Of a DNA stretch of 64,000 bases, positions 52,201-64,000 are shown piece after piece. Location of the stretch: the NCBI GenBank assembly GCA_965287045.1, contig OZ336884.1:47492001-47556000 (forward strand), given 5' to 3'. This DNA is from Carcharhinus amblyrhynchos. Lineage: Eukaryota. Numbering within the stretch: position 1 is the first letter of the stretch; each line of letters opens with the position of its first letter. The notes beneath the pieces are model-generated. The model saw only the letters and a list, made by a program, of their open reading frames with translations, had not been told where the DNA came from and made no database searches. A program made the translations under genes and the position numbers.

Positions 52201-52927
52201 TACTTTACAATTAGACAATCCATTGATTTGGTTAAAATTAAATCCACAACCTTACTGACACATCCACATTCAAGCTAAACAATTCAAAATCGTGGTTGGA
52301 CAAAATTGAAGACAGCCATTTTAGACTGTAAGATCAGAGATTTGTCTTCTTTAGCTGTCAATTGCCCAGAGCTCCAAAATTAACCTTTAGAAATATAATT
52401 CTTTATTAATACCTAGCTATTTCAACCAACTTGTCTCCTTCCCAGTGTTGCAAAGCTGCAGAAACTTGCATAACCAAAAGGGCTGTGTTATTGAGATGTC
52501 TATAATGGATCAGCCGTGACTACCTCCCTCAACGGTTAATTAAATTGCAACCAGCTTGGTTTCATACTTGCTGACTTAATGTTGAGACAAAAAACTGAAG
52601 TTATCATTGGAACAACAATTTAAATCTGTACAGGAGCTTCAACCTAATAAAAGGTCTGAAAGGTGCCTCACAGAACCACTTTAAAACAAAAATAGGACAT
52701 CAAGTATTAGATCAAATGACCAAATACTTAGTAGGTTTTAAAGAGCAAAGTGAGGTAAAGATGCCAAGGACTGCAGGGAGGGAACTTCAGAGCTTACAGC
52801 CTAAATAATGGTGTAGCAATTAAAGTTCCCAATACTTAAGTGGAGGAAATTTGTGCTTATTGAGCACAGGACTTCATATAAGCAGTCAGATAGTTTAACA
52901 ACAGTGGCAGTTACCTGGAGCTGGTTA

Positions 52928-53238
52928 CAGAATCACTGAACCCCACACTGCAAAAGGAGGCCATTCAGCCCATCAAGTCTGCACCAACCACAATTCCACC
53001 CAGGCCCTATCCCGATGGCCCCACGCATTTAACCTAGGTAGTCCCCCTGACACTAAGGGGCAATTTAGCACAGCCAACCCACACATCTTTGGACTGTGGG
53101 AGGAAACTGGAGCATCTGCAAGAAGCCTATGCAGACACAGGGAGAATGTGCAAACTCCACACAGACAGCAATCCAAGCCAGGAATCAAACCCAGATCCCT
53201 GGCAGTGTGAGGTAGCAGTGCTAAGTACTGTGCCACCC
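52928..53238 (-). mobile_element. HE1-type V-SINE
   Basis: Reverse complement of head, V core and CR1-type tail. Confidence 0.8.
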
Positions 53239-53259
53239 AGTCATACATTATCATCAGCA

Positions 53260-54290
53260 TGTAGATGGGTAAGTGGGGGCTAAGAACAGTGGGACACAAG
53301 AGGGAAAGGTGCAGTTGGGGGATGAGAAGTTATTGCTGGGTGATATTCTAGAAATGATTAGATAAGAGTGGATAAGAATAATAAATTAGACACGCGAGAA
53401 TGGTATCACACAGCAGAACAACAATGGGGATGTCTTTGAGGAGGAGAATGTGATCAACTGCATGAAAGTCTACAGCCAAGTTGAGAAAGAGAACGACAGA
53501 AATTTTATTTTGCGGATGTCATTGGTGACTTTGATAGGAGCAACTAGGGTACTGTGCAGGGGAAGAAAGCTGACTGGATGGATTCAAATATGGAATTCCG
53601 AAAAAGACACACAAAGATTTGGAAAACCAACTACATGTTCAAAAGACTTTGGTGAGGAAAAAGGGAGGTGAGGCAGCAGTAGTTTTTGAGGATGGTGACG
53701 GCAGATTTAAAGGAGAGAGACATTACAAGATCAAGTTGGGTCATCAGTAATTTATTGAGATGAGAGACAAGGGAACAGGTGGTGAGGCTCAAGGGCAAGT
53801 TGAGCTTGGACAGGACAGGAAGGGAGATGGGAGAGGAATGAATAGTGAAACTGGAGTAAGATATTAGTTCAGGGCTGGGACAGGGGTGCAACCTGAGAGG
53901 AAGATTAGCTCGGTGGGTGAGTAAAATGGAGGTATGCGGCAGGGCAGCTGATCAGATAGTCTCAATCTTAATGCGAAACAAATCTACGAGCTCTTCATCC
54001 TTAAACAACAAGTACAAGGAAAATGAGGAGATTGATTTAAGGAAACTGCAGTGGAGAAAAGAAGCCAGTGGTTATCTTTATATTTTAAATGATCCTGGAA
54101 TGATGAGCTGGTTTAGTAGACTGAAGCAGGCCAAAAGCATTTTGTGTAGTCCAGAGAGTATAACCAGAGAATAATTAAGAGCATGGCATGGATGCATTAG
54201 GATAAGCCCAAAATGTCACTGTGTTTTAAATGTCTTTTAAAAGCGACATTGTCTATTTTTGCTGAGACAACGACTATCCTTGACTGACGT
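53260..54290 (-). mobile_element. L2-like LINE fragment
   Basis: Purine-rich plus strand typical of antisense L2. The minus strand has a decayed RT-like segment (aacatgtagttggtttttccaaat and SFKSAVTILK context). Confidence 0.5.
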
Positions 54291-54394
54291 GTGGTGTCGA
54301 GGAGCCGCAGCAAAATTGAAGTTAAATGGAAACCGGAAGACAATTCTTCACTGTTGCTATCATAGCACAAAGAAAAATGCCAGGATGTCACTGC

Positions 54395-55292
54395 ACAAGT
54401 TCCACAGGGCCCCAATCCCAAACATCTTTAATTGTTTCATTAAGTGACATTCCCTCCATCATAAGGTTAGAGGTAGATATTTGCAGTTGATTGTATTATT
54501 TCAATATCATTTGCAACTCCTCAAATACTGAAGTGGTTTACGTCTATTTGGACAATACTCAAGCTTGGCCTTTAGCAGAAAATAACACTTGCACCATACA
54601 AGTGCCAGGAAATGACCAACTTCAACAAGAGAAAATCCAGTCATCTTCCCTTAACACTCAATTGTATTATCCCCCACTAACATCCTGAGAGTTATCATGG
54701 ACTTGAAAATGAACTGGGTGAGCTACATAAATGCTGGATACAAGAGCTGTTAAATTTGATTCTCATTTCCCCAAATCCCACCATCTAGGCACAAGTTAGG
54801 TATGTGATGGAATACTCTCCACTTGCTTGGTTGGGTGAAGCTCCAACAATATTCAAGGAGCTTGACACCATCCAGGACAAAGCTGCCATTTGATTAGCAT
54901 CCCTTCCATCACCTTGAACCTTGACTCGCTCCATGACCGATGGAGAATACCAACAGTGTACACCATCTACAAGATGCACTGCAGTAATTCAGCAAGGCTC
55001 CTTCAACAGCACCTTCCAAATCTATGACCTCTATTACTAGAAGAACACAGGCAGCAAAAGTAGTGGGAGAACCAATACCAAATTCTCCTATTAGCCACAC
55101 ACCATCTGGACTTGGAATTATAACACCATTCGTTCAGTATTTCTAGATCAAAATCCGTGAGCTCTTTTTCAAACAGCACCGAGTGTATCTACATCAGATG
55201 GACTGCACTGGTTCTACAAGGTTGCCCAGCACCACTTTCTCAAGGGCAGAAAGGGATGGACAACACCTTATCAGTGATATTCAAATCCCATG
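54395..55292 (+). mobile_element. Second CR1-clade LINE family, RT motif through the 3' end
   Basis: gttccacagggc...catctttaattgtttcattaagtgacattccctccatcataagg corresponds to a decayed VPQG..IFSCFINDLPSIIRSEV..FADD. Antisense copies of the same family lie at about 20570-21530, 33270-33580 and 8620-9170. Confidence 0.65.
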
Positions 55293-57349
55293 AAAGGATA
55301 TGTATATGTATTTTTAAAGTGTTTATTTTGATGAAACTAAACAGAGGAGATAACTGCTACTGGATTTTCGAGGCAAGGAACCTCCCAAAATGTGTCTAAT
55401 GTCATGGAAAGGAGAAGGGCAGTGACATTGACAGCCTTCTCTCTCCTCCCAAACGCTGCACATCTTCATTATGATGATCAAGATATAATCCAGAATCAGC
55501 GAACAAAAACAATTAGCCAAAGAACAGAGTCAATTTTAGAAAAGTAATTTGTTGTATTAAAATTGAATGTACACTTGTGGAAATTACAATAATACAAGGG
55601 TACAATTATTTTGTGTTGATTCACATTGTCATGTAGAGATGAAAAAATTTGATGTGTTCTCAAGATAAGTATTGGGTTGAAGGATTTGTCCTGGGGCAAA
55701 GAAGTCAAGTCACTTATGACAGGATAGAATACATTAAAAGGGAAGACTTGAGTGAACATTTACACTCTGATATCCTTTGCATCAATCATTGAAGAGCAAA
55801 CGCAATATCATCTGGTTTCTAGTAATCAGTGGGAAATGTGATGAATTAATCCATTTTAGCAATCAAGCCATCGATTACCTCTGTCATGCAAAACTGAAAT
55901 GTGGACTGGTTGATGTTCCTGAAATTGTCTGGTGCTTGCTGATATTCCTTACTTTGCCTTTCCTGACAGGGTGAATAGATGCACACTGACATACCTAGAA
56001 TTCTTAGAGAAGCAGTGCACAAGTCTCCAGGCAGTTAAAGACCTAGACTGCCTCCTGCAACCCACTGTCTAAGCTGGCACTGAATTGCATGCTGCAGAAA
56101 ATCACTCTGGTCCTCAACTTCATTGTATGTGGCTATTTCCAAAATTATAGTCTTTACTCTATATAGTTCCAGTTGGAATGCATCGAGTAATCCCACATTT
56201 TCAATTCATTTTGGAATTAATTTGCCTTTGCCAAGTGATTTTTGTCAGTGACTGAGGTTGACAAAGATGTGGAGCATTGTACACTAATGAAGCTTGGAAA
56301 TCAGCAAAAGTCACATTTAAAAGAACTTCATGCTATTGATCACTGTTTAATTTGGAAATTTTAGCAATTAGCCAATTCAGTTCAATGAAAGTGACTTACC
56401 TTCAGCTTGTAACATATATATCTGGTAACTTTTATATCTGAAACACATCCTCATTTAACTGAAACTAGCATGGAACAAAGAACTAAAAAGTATTGTGCCA
56501 GAATAGAATCATGATCAAATATTTCCACTTTCCACCCTTGAGTCTCCCTCAAAATATCTGCCTTGGAATTTTAGTTTGGATAAATCAGAAAACTTCCAAA
56601 ATTATACACAATAAAATCTGTATTATCCAGCAAGCACAGGTGATGCCAATTAACAAAGAGTTCCATTCACCAATGAAATACAGCACAATACATGTCACAT
56701 GAACGAATATTCAAGTACTTAAGTGACGGCATTAATTCTACGTCAACAGTACATGAAAACATAAGTTGATGTATAAAATAATACAGGTATCAATCCCAAA
56801 TAATAATAACAGCCTATGGTTGGTAAAGTCACGATTCATATTAGGAATCGTAATTTCTGGAATTCCAGTTGATAAACAATTCCAATTGTTAGAATGCCAC
56901 ATAGCACAAAATTTACCATACTGAAAATGAAACAATATTTACTCAAATGAACACCACAGAGCAGCAAGTATTTAATCAATAATTCAAGTCTGTAACTACG
57001 GATTTATCATAAACCAACATTTTATTTTAATGCATAATCTCTGTTTGCTGTCAATAGGGAAATAATTAAAAACAACAGATAAAGAGTCAAATGCCTTAAG
57101 CAACTTTGATCAGCTCAGAACTTCTAGGCTAATTCTCTACACTCCGAAATTCAAACCTCAGGGTAGATCTATATTACATTTGTTTCAGGTATATTTCTTT
57201 GGTATTTGTCTTGTTAAGAATTGAGAAGTATTTCACCCAATTAAAATTATTTTTCAAATTAAAATCAAAAACCTTTTGCAAGCCATTGGCAATCTTAGGC
57301 CAAGAAAAAGGCAAGAACTATCATTTCATTTGCTACCTTTTACAAGCTC

Positions 57350-57431
57350 AGTAAGAAATCTCATAACACCAGGGTGAAGTCCAGGTTTATTTGGAATCAC
57401 TAGTTTTCAGAGTGCTGCTCCTTCATCAGGT
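57350..57431 (-). mobile_element. Penelope-like terminal repeat fragment with a degenerate hammerhead core
   Basis: The minus strand reads acCTGATGAaggagcagcactctGAAAactagtgattccaaataaacc...ggtgttatgagatttcttactg. Same family as the elements at 29.6 kb and 63.9 kb. Confidence 0.65.
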
Positions 57432-58004
57432 CAGGACACCTCAATCCCTTTCTCAGCTATTGAGGATATATGTTGGCCAAGACATCAAGAAAACACTCAT
57501 GCTTGAATTCACACAGTGCCCTGGGATCTTCAATGTCCATCTGAGAGGCCAGTTGACATCTCAGTTTAAAGTCTGATCCAAAGGGCATCACTTGGTACTG
57601 AAATGTCTGTCTAGATATGTGCTCAACTCACTGGATGGGGTTTTGAGCCCATGGCATTCTGACTTAAAAATAAGAGTTCTACCAATAATCTGAGACTGGC
57701 AATATAAAATAGTCTGGCTAAAATGAATTCAAATTTAAAGTAGTTGGGGTTTATTTCCATCACCTGTTGTGAGGACAAACATAAGTTCAAATCCAGAAAC
57801 ACCAGGAAGGACCACTGCATAAAAATCTACCTGATGTTTATCCTGTTCAGTCCAGGGCTTTCAAAAATAATATTCAAAAAAACACAGGCATGTTGAATGT
57901 AATGATGGCTAGCAATAAATAATTTCTATCTATTGACCATTAAAAGAAGTATCCTATCCAACATGGGTACATTATTAGGTAATAAATGATTGGATAAAGG
58001 CAAC

Positions 58005-58770
58005 ATACAAACATACGAAATGGGAACAGAAAACGGTCACTCAGCTCCACAAGCCTGCTCTGCCAGTTAATAAGGTCATGGCTGATCTGTTTGTGTTTCA
58101 CATTCTACCTTCCCATCAACCCCAGTAACCTTTGATTCCCTTGCCTACCAAGAATCTATCCATCTTCAAGGTATTCAATTTCTCCCACCTCCATCAATTT
58201 TTGAGGCAGAGTTCCAAAGTCACACAACCCTCAGAAAATACTTCTCATCTCCGATCTCAAAGGACACACCTAATTTTAAAACAGTGGCCCCCTAGCCTGG
58301 ACTCACCCACAAGAGGAAACTTCCTTTCAACGTCCACCTTGTCAAGACCATTCGGAATCTTGTACACTTCAATCAAGCCACCCTTTCATACTCTAGTGGA
58401 AACAATGCAAGTCTGTCTAATCATTCCTCAGAAGATAATTCACTCATTCCAGATATCAGTCCAGCAAACCTCCTCTGAACCACATTCAACACATTCACTT
58501 CCCTCCTTAACTAATTAGGCCAACATTACACACACATATCAATAAGATGCAGTCTCAACAATGCCCTTTATAAGTGAAGTATTTCTACTTACTTTTATAC
58601 TCAATTCCTTGCTTTATAAAGGATAGCATTCCATTAGCTTTCTTAGCTATTTGCTGTACCTGCATTATAACTTTTTGTGACTCATACACTGGAACCCCTA
58701 GGTCCCTCTGCATTTAGAATTCTGCAGATGCTGTCCATTTAGGTAACACTTTGCTTTTTTATTCTTGTCA
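58005..58770 (-). mobile_element. CR1 LINE 3' fragment (old)
   Basis: catacgaa tail and reverse complement of decayed ORF2 C-terminal sequence. Confidence 0.7.
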
Positions 58771-60265
58771 TCATTCTGACCATTTTGTGTCCAATGAGAG
58801 AATTCTACTGTTGGTGATAGAATTTAGTGCTTTGAAAGTGGGTAACTTCAGTTGTACCGAATTTTTCTTTCAAAATAAAATATTGTACATTTTGTAAAGT
58901 GAGAGGAATGTTTAGAGTTAAAGTTTCAGAAAATAACCTGGAATGTCCACAGTCCATTACCCAACTTCCCTACGCATCTGACAGTGCACCCATGATTTGC
59001 AGCCTAAATGCTATCTAGTTCAAACTAGTACCTCCTCACACTAAAGCTCATAGTAGGAATTTTCAGAAGTTCTTTCCAAATACCTGTGTGTTTGCCTTCT
59101 TTCTGCACAGATGCATGCCTCCTTCTGTTTGAAATCTCTACATCAATTCTCGTACATTAGAAACGGGACACGGCAAAGGCAACAGTAATAATAAATAATA
59201 AGTATAAAGACAGTAACAACAGAGATTCAATTTTCCTTCACGTCTTTGATCACAATCACTTCATCTACTAAAGATAGATTTTCATTCAGTCCAACATGAG
59301 TGAGATGACAGCTATAAAGAACAGGAATTTTCTTATTGTTGCCCTCACATCAGGGTTTACAACTAATAGAGCGGATCAATAGGATGACAATACTATAGTA
59401 ACAAGAATAAAAGTGCCACGTATCCTTCATTGTCGTTAGGAATGGAGTTGAAAAAGTATACTGCAAAATGGCCATCAAGTAATAAAATTTTCAATCTCAT
59501 CATTCTGTGGCATAGGCATCTTATTTGGCAGAAGGGAGAGCATCCAAGTTTTCCAAATTTTTTACATTAATCATTTTAAATGCAAGCTTTCATACAAGAA
59601 CATTTTCAGTGATCCCAGCTTTGAATTGGTCAAGACAGACCTTTGTTAAACATGTTCTAATAAATGTACCTCTGGTACCCAGCTGTTGACACTGCTCAAT
59701 GAAATCATCCTCATGAGCTTACCACATCATAATTGCTACCTTCCCACCTTAAAAGCAGTACTACTTCCACCCACTTCATGTACAAAGCCACCCAGGATTT
59801 CTAGTATTTCTAACTTTCAGGATTTTCAATCACTTTGACTGATGGGAGAAAACCTTGTCACTGAAAGATCTGGGAAAAGAATCATCCTAATTCACATTAT
59901 TTTTTTTCTGCAATGAAGCTTTACTTTCAGAAATCCAACTACATTGCTGAACTTACAGCTTTCGATGCAGAAAGAAGTCTCCACTCCAACATGTAGTAGC
60001 TGATTGCCAATTTTCTTTACCACTGACTTCGTTGAAGAGGAATATCAGGTAGGATACAAAGCAGGAACCCGATCTACTACACGCAATTTCATGCACCCAC
60101 CAAAATTGCACTTCACCAACTTTTATCCAATCCTATAGATAATCCTAACTTCAATAAATAGCCACTGATTTATTGACATTGTGAGTTTAATCATTTAACC
60201 TGCTGACCAGTCTAGGAGTATAGCAAAGTGAATGAATCTGCACCAAACCAAAATTTTAAGCTAAA

Positions 60266-60542
60266 GTTTATTTATTAGTCACAAGTAAGGCTTACATTAA
60301 CACTGCAATGAAGTTACCCTAAAATTCCCCTAGTCGCCACAGTCCGGTGCCTGTTCGGGTCAATGCACCTAAGCAGCACGCCTTTCAGAATGTGGGAGGA
60401 AACCAAAGCACCCAGAGGAAATCCATGCAGACACGGGGAGAACATGTAGGCTCCACAAAGACAATGACCCAAGCCGGGAATCGAACCCCGGTCCCTGGAG
60501 CTGTGAGGCAGCAGTGCTAACCACTGTGCTGCCATGCCACCC
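60266..60542 (-). mobile_element. V-SINE variant with an alternative 3' tail
   Basis: Reverse complement of the variant at 45.2 kb (tttatttattagtcacaagtaaggcttacattaacactgcaatgaagttac). Confidence 0.8.
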
Positions 60543-60577
60543 CTTCTGGTGACATTTTACAGGCAACGTTTTGTCAC

Positions 60578-60780
60578 AATTACTTTTACTCAGCATAACA
60601 GCCCACTGATCTCTCTCCAGATACAGCACAGGGAAGCTTTTGATATGGGAGTCCTCTCCCACTGACTTTGCCTAGAGATTTCAGAAGTCTAATGCAAACT
60701 TTCAGGGAAGACCAGGAGTTTGGATATCCAAAGCCTCAACCAGCTGCAGTCCCTCCAATTCGCTCCAATCAGAAGGGTCA
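60578..60780. repeat. About 200-bp direct repeat, copy 1 (copy 2 at 63393-63596)
   Basis: Colinear similarity throughout, including ctctccagatacagcacagggaagcttttgat-tgggagtcctctcccactgac. Also visible as the twin ORFs MGEDSHIKSFPVLYLE. Confidence 0.9.
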
Positions 60781-63392
60781 ATTGTGAGCTATCCTTAGAT
60801 CTGTTCCAAATCTGAAGTTACAATTCTTTGGAGTTTAACAGAAGTATTCTCAGACAGTCTCAACATCTTGCACTGTTTCATTTTCCATAGAGTCATGTGC
60901 TCCAAGTTTGTAGAAAGTTTACTTATGTCAGACCACAGTGAGGCAACCTAACATCAATATGCAATGCAAGAACAGAAAATGCTGGAAATTCTTAGCAAAC
61001 TGGCAGTATCTGTGGCGCAAGAAATAATTTCAGCTCAAGGATCTATCTTCAGAAGAAGCAAGGTATTGTATAATGTATGTTGGCATTATTCTTCTACATA
61101 ATCACCTCCAGTTTCTGAAAAGTAATCAAGCAAAACTATTCAATTATTCTTACATATTTTCACTATTCAGTTCTCTTGTGCTTCTCTCCATAGACATTAT
61201 TCAAGCTCGGCAAAATTACAGCCTTGATAAACTGAAATATTCATCCTCGCAGCTTTGATTTCATCTCTATAGTATTTTATCTCAATCACTCAACATAATC
61301 AGAGGCTGCTTAAGGCAAAATAGGTTATTTTTGGAAATGCTGTAAAATTTAATTTAAAACAATGTAGGCCACTACATTTTATAATTCATCTGGAAGTGAC
61401 TGTGTTTGAGAGACAGCTGCTCACACATGCAGTCCCATTTCAATATTACCACCACAGCAATTACTGTATCTCACTGCACCACACCACTTGGATATAAGGG
61501 ATTGAACCAAACCTATACTGTTTAATCTAATAGGAATAAATTGTCTCTGATAAATCTTCGATATTGATGAAATGTGAGAATTCATTATTGCTTGCTTTTC
61601 TAAAATAATTTTACTTGGGGGTTTGTAGATTGAAGATGTTTTGTATTGAGAGATGGGTTGTCTTGGGATTTTCTCAGATTTATCTCAGGATGATTTCTTG
61701 AACACCTAATGCCGTCAAACAAAATACATCTGCTGTAAACAAGTGATATAAGAGAGGTATTAATCCACAGATTTTGAAAAATCAATTACACCCCTTAGGA
61801 GGTCACATCAATTTTCGCTCTGAACTAACGATTTTCTCAGTTCTTCTCCTCCACTGCTTCATACTGGACACAGTTCCATGGTGCCTAATGCAAGGAGCCA
61901 TTTCCCATGTGTGAACCTCAAGCATGTGCGTCAGTGGTGTCTCTTCCTTCTCCTTCTATTAATCAAGCTCTGTCTGCACGGAAAGCTAATAAATATTCAC
62001 TGCTGCTCAGAGCAGATAAGAAAATAGAAACGCCACATCGTGAAGGGTTATCCTTCCTTCCATTCACTTTTAAATTAGCTTATTTATATCATTTAAATAA
62101 AACATCCTCTTCCTGTGGAAATGGCTTCTATTTCCTTACTTACATAGATAGGAGACAACTTTATGCATGATGCATCAAAAATCCAATCGGATTTCCTAAC
62201 TACCTACTATTCAGCATTAGTAATGCAGATGTTACTATCTAACACAATATGGTACAAAAGTGATATCAATAATTCCTAATATAGAGTGATGAACCAGAAT
62301 TCTGCACCATATTACATAACTTCAGCTATTAAATGACCGTACTTTGATGCTTATGCCATCTTAGGCAGTGATTAATATTGCTATAAGCAGATTAAGACAG
62401 CCCCAGCTGCCAGGAGTTTGTCTCTCTCTGGTCACTGCTGAGCAGGACTTGAGGAAGGGGAGCAGGTGTTTCTTATTGCTATGGAGACAATCCGTTGTAA
62501 TCCGATTTTAACAACTATTAATAGTCTTCTTCCCTGACACAAATGTATATACGTGGTCTACATGAATTCTGAGAGTTTGTGATGCAGAGTCAAATGAGAA
62601 AACTGGCAAAAGCTGACAACTGCAAAAACAACAGATCATTCAGAATCAGCCTGGACTACAAGCCTACGATCAAAGCCACTGAGGTGGACAATGCAACACA
62701 GGAATTTTCACTGATGTTTTTGGAGCCATATTCTGCAATTCAGTTCCTTTCTGATTTAGTCTTGCTCATGTAATTAAGCCCTTACTACAGACAGTGGTGT
62801 GGGTTATGAGGCTTGGCATGAATTAAGCTGCAATTTTATTCAACATTCCAAAACTTGGATAACCTAAAGAAAGTACTCAAAGTGCATTTTTCTTGTTTTT
62901 GTTTTAAGAAGTGTCTAAAAGAGGTGGTGAACACTGGAAATGAAAACTCATGCTTTCAGAGAGATCCAGAGGCTGATGTTCTCCAATCAAGAATTCTGTA
63001 GGTTTTTTTTTTAAAAATAAAAAAAGTCTGTTTATTGTTGTTTTTTTGCAGTGAAAAAGTATGCACCTGAAAATTTCTTCATCCTATGATCCTCACATAA
63101 ATGCCAGAATCAACTGTACACTGAAGTCTGGCAGTAACACTGCCAAAGTTGGTGATGTCAGGGAGTTCACCGAATTTATAAAAATTAGTGGGTGCCTGCA
63201 CTACTAAAATATCAGGTGCCCATGAGACAGACCAAGATTGCCTAAAGAGGGTGTCAGATTGAGTGGTCCAAATATAATGCGCAAAGTCTTTCTTCATAAG
63301 GAATGAGAAAAAAATTAATAAATTAAATTTTCTTCCTGGAGCCGAAGCAAGGATCCCCAGGAAGGTCTCGCTCAGCGAGCGATATTTGGTAG

Positions 63393-63596
63393 AATTACTT
63401 TTGCTTGGCATACCAGCCCACTGATTGCTCTCCAGATACAGCACAGGGAAGCTTTTGATGTGGGAGTCCTCTCCCACTGACCTTGCCTAGAGGATTCAGA
63501 AGCCCAACACAAATTTGCGGGGAAGACCAGGAGTTTGGCTAGCCAAAGCCCCAACTGGCTTGGAGTCTCTCCAATTCACTCCAACCGAAAGGGTCA
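63393..63596. repeat. About 200-bp direct repeat, copy 2
   Basis: Same sequence and orientation as 60578-60780. Confidence 0.9.
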
Positions 63597-63829
63597 TAGT
63601 TTCTTGGTCTTGATTTCTTCTGAAAGTGTTGCAGATAATTCAGATATGAAAATAAAGTAGTTGTGCAGATTTTGATCGAACTCAACAAGGTCTGGTTCTC
63701 CATCGTGAAGTCACCCCACACACGGCAAGCATCTGTATTTTACAAAGACTGCACTATTTCAGACCCAGCATCTGTTGTTCTGTATTTGAATTAAAATCAG
63801 TGTGAATTTAACCATGTGAAATCAAGAGA

Positions 63830-64000
63830 TGGAGATGCTGGCGTTCGACTGGGGTGGGCACAGTAAGAAGTCTCACAACACCAGGTTAAAGTCGAACAAA
63901 TTTATTTGGAACCATGAGCTTTCAGAGCCTGTGTGTTTGTGAAGTAAATTCCACTAATCTGATGAAGGAGCAGTGCTCTGAAAGCTCATGATTTCAAATA
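63830..64000. mobile_element. Penelope-like inverted-repeat element with hammerhead core, truncated by the window end
   Basis: Leader gatgctggcgttcgactggggtgggcac, then a left arm ...atgagctttcagagc, then CTGATGA-A-GGAGC-AGT-GCTCT-GAAAGCTC (63959-63987) beginning the mirrored arm. Confidence 0.7.

Noticed and set aside
1-64000. Prokaryotic systems (CRISPR arrays, operons, defence islands)
   Set aside because: The sequence is intron-containing vertebrate DNA. No regularly spaced repeat-spacer array or dense ORF organisation is present.

Overview
Eukaryotic genomic DNA, AT-rich and repeat-dense. The HE1-type V-SINEs, HER1/CR1 and L2 LINE fragments, Deu-type SINEs and Penelope-derived elements point to a cartilaginous fish (shark). 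The window holds most of one protein-coding gene on the minus strand, IGSF11 (BT-IgSF/VSIG3, CTX family). Six coding exons splice in frame with canonical GT-AG junctions: 49100-49263, 42719-42926, 28298-28453, 18112-18234, 11716-11863 and 6379-6805. They encode Ig-V, Ig-C2, a transmembrane helix and a cytoplasmic tail ending in the PDZ ligand GSLV. The signal-peptide first exon was not identified. Almost all ORFs in the supplied track are spurious or derived from transposons. The most notable non-routine features are: (1) a U2 snRNA-derived, multi-hairpin, A-tailed element at about 3054-3358; (2) palindromic Penelope-type elements carrying minimal hammerhead ribozyme cores (about 29.6, 57.4 and 63.9 kb); (3) an unannotated SRSF7 retrocopy fragment in an intron; (4) traces of templated DNA repair; and (5) a candidate alternative in-frame upstream IGSF11 exon. 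Repeat family names come from recognising sequences by eye, not from database searches.
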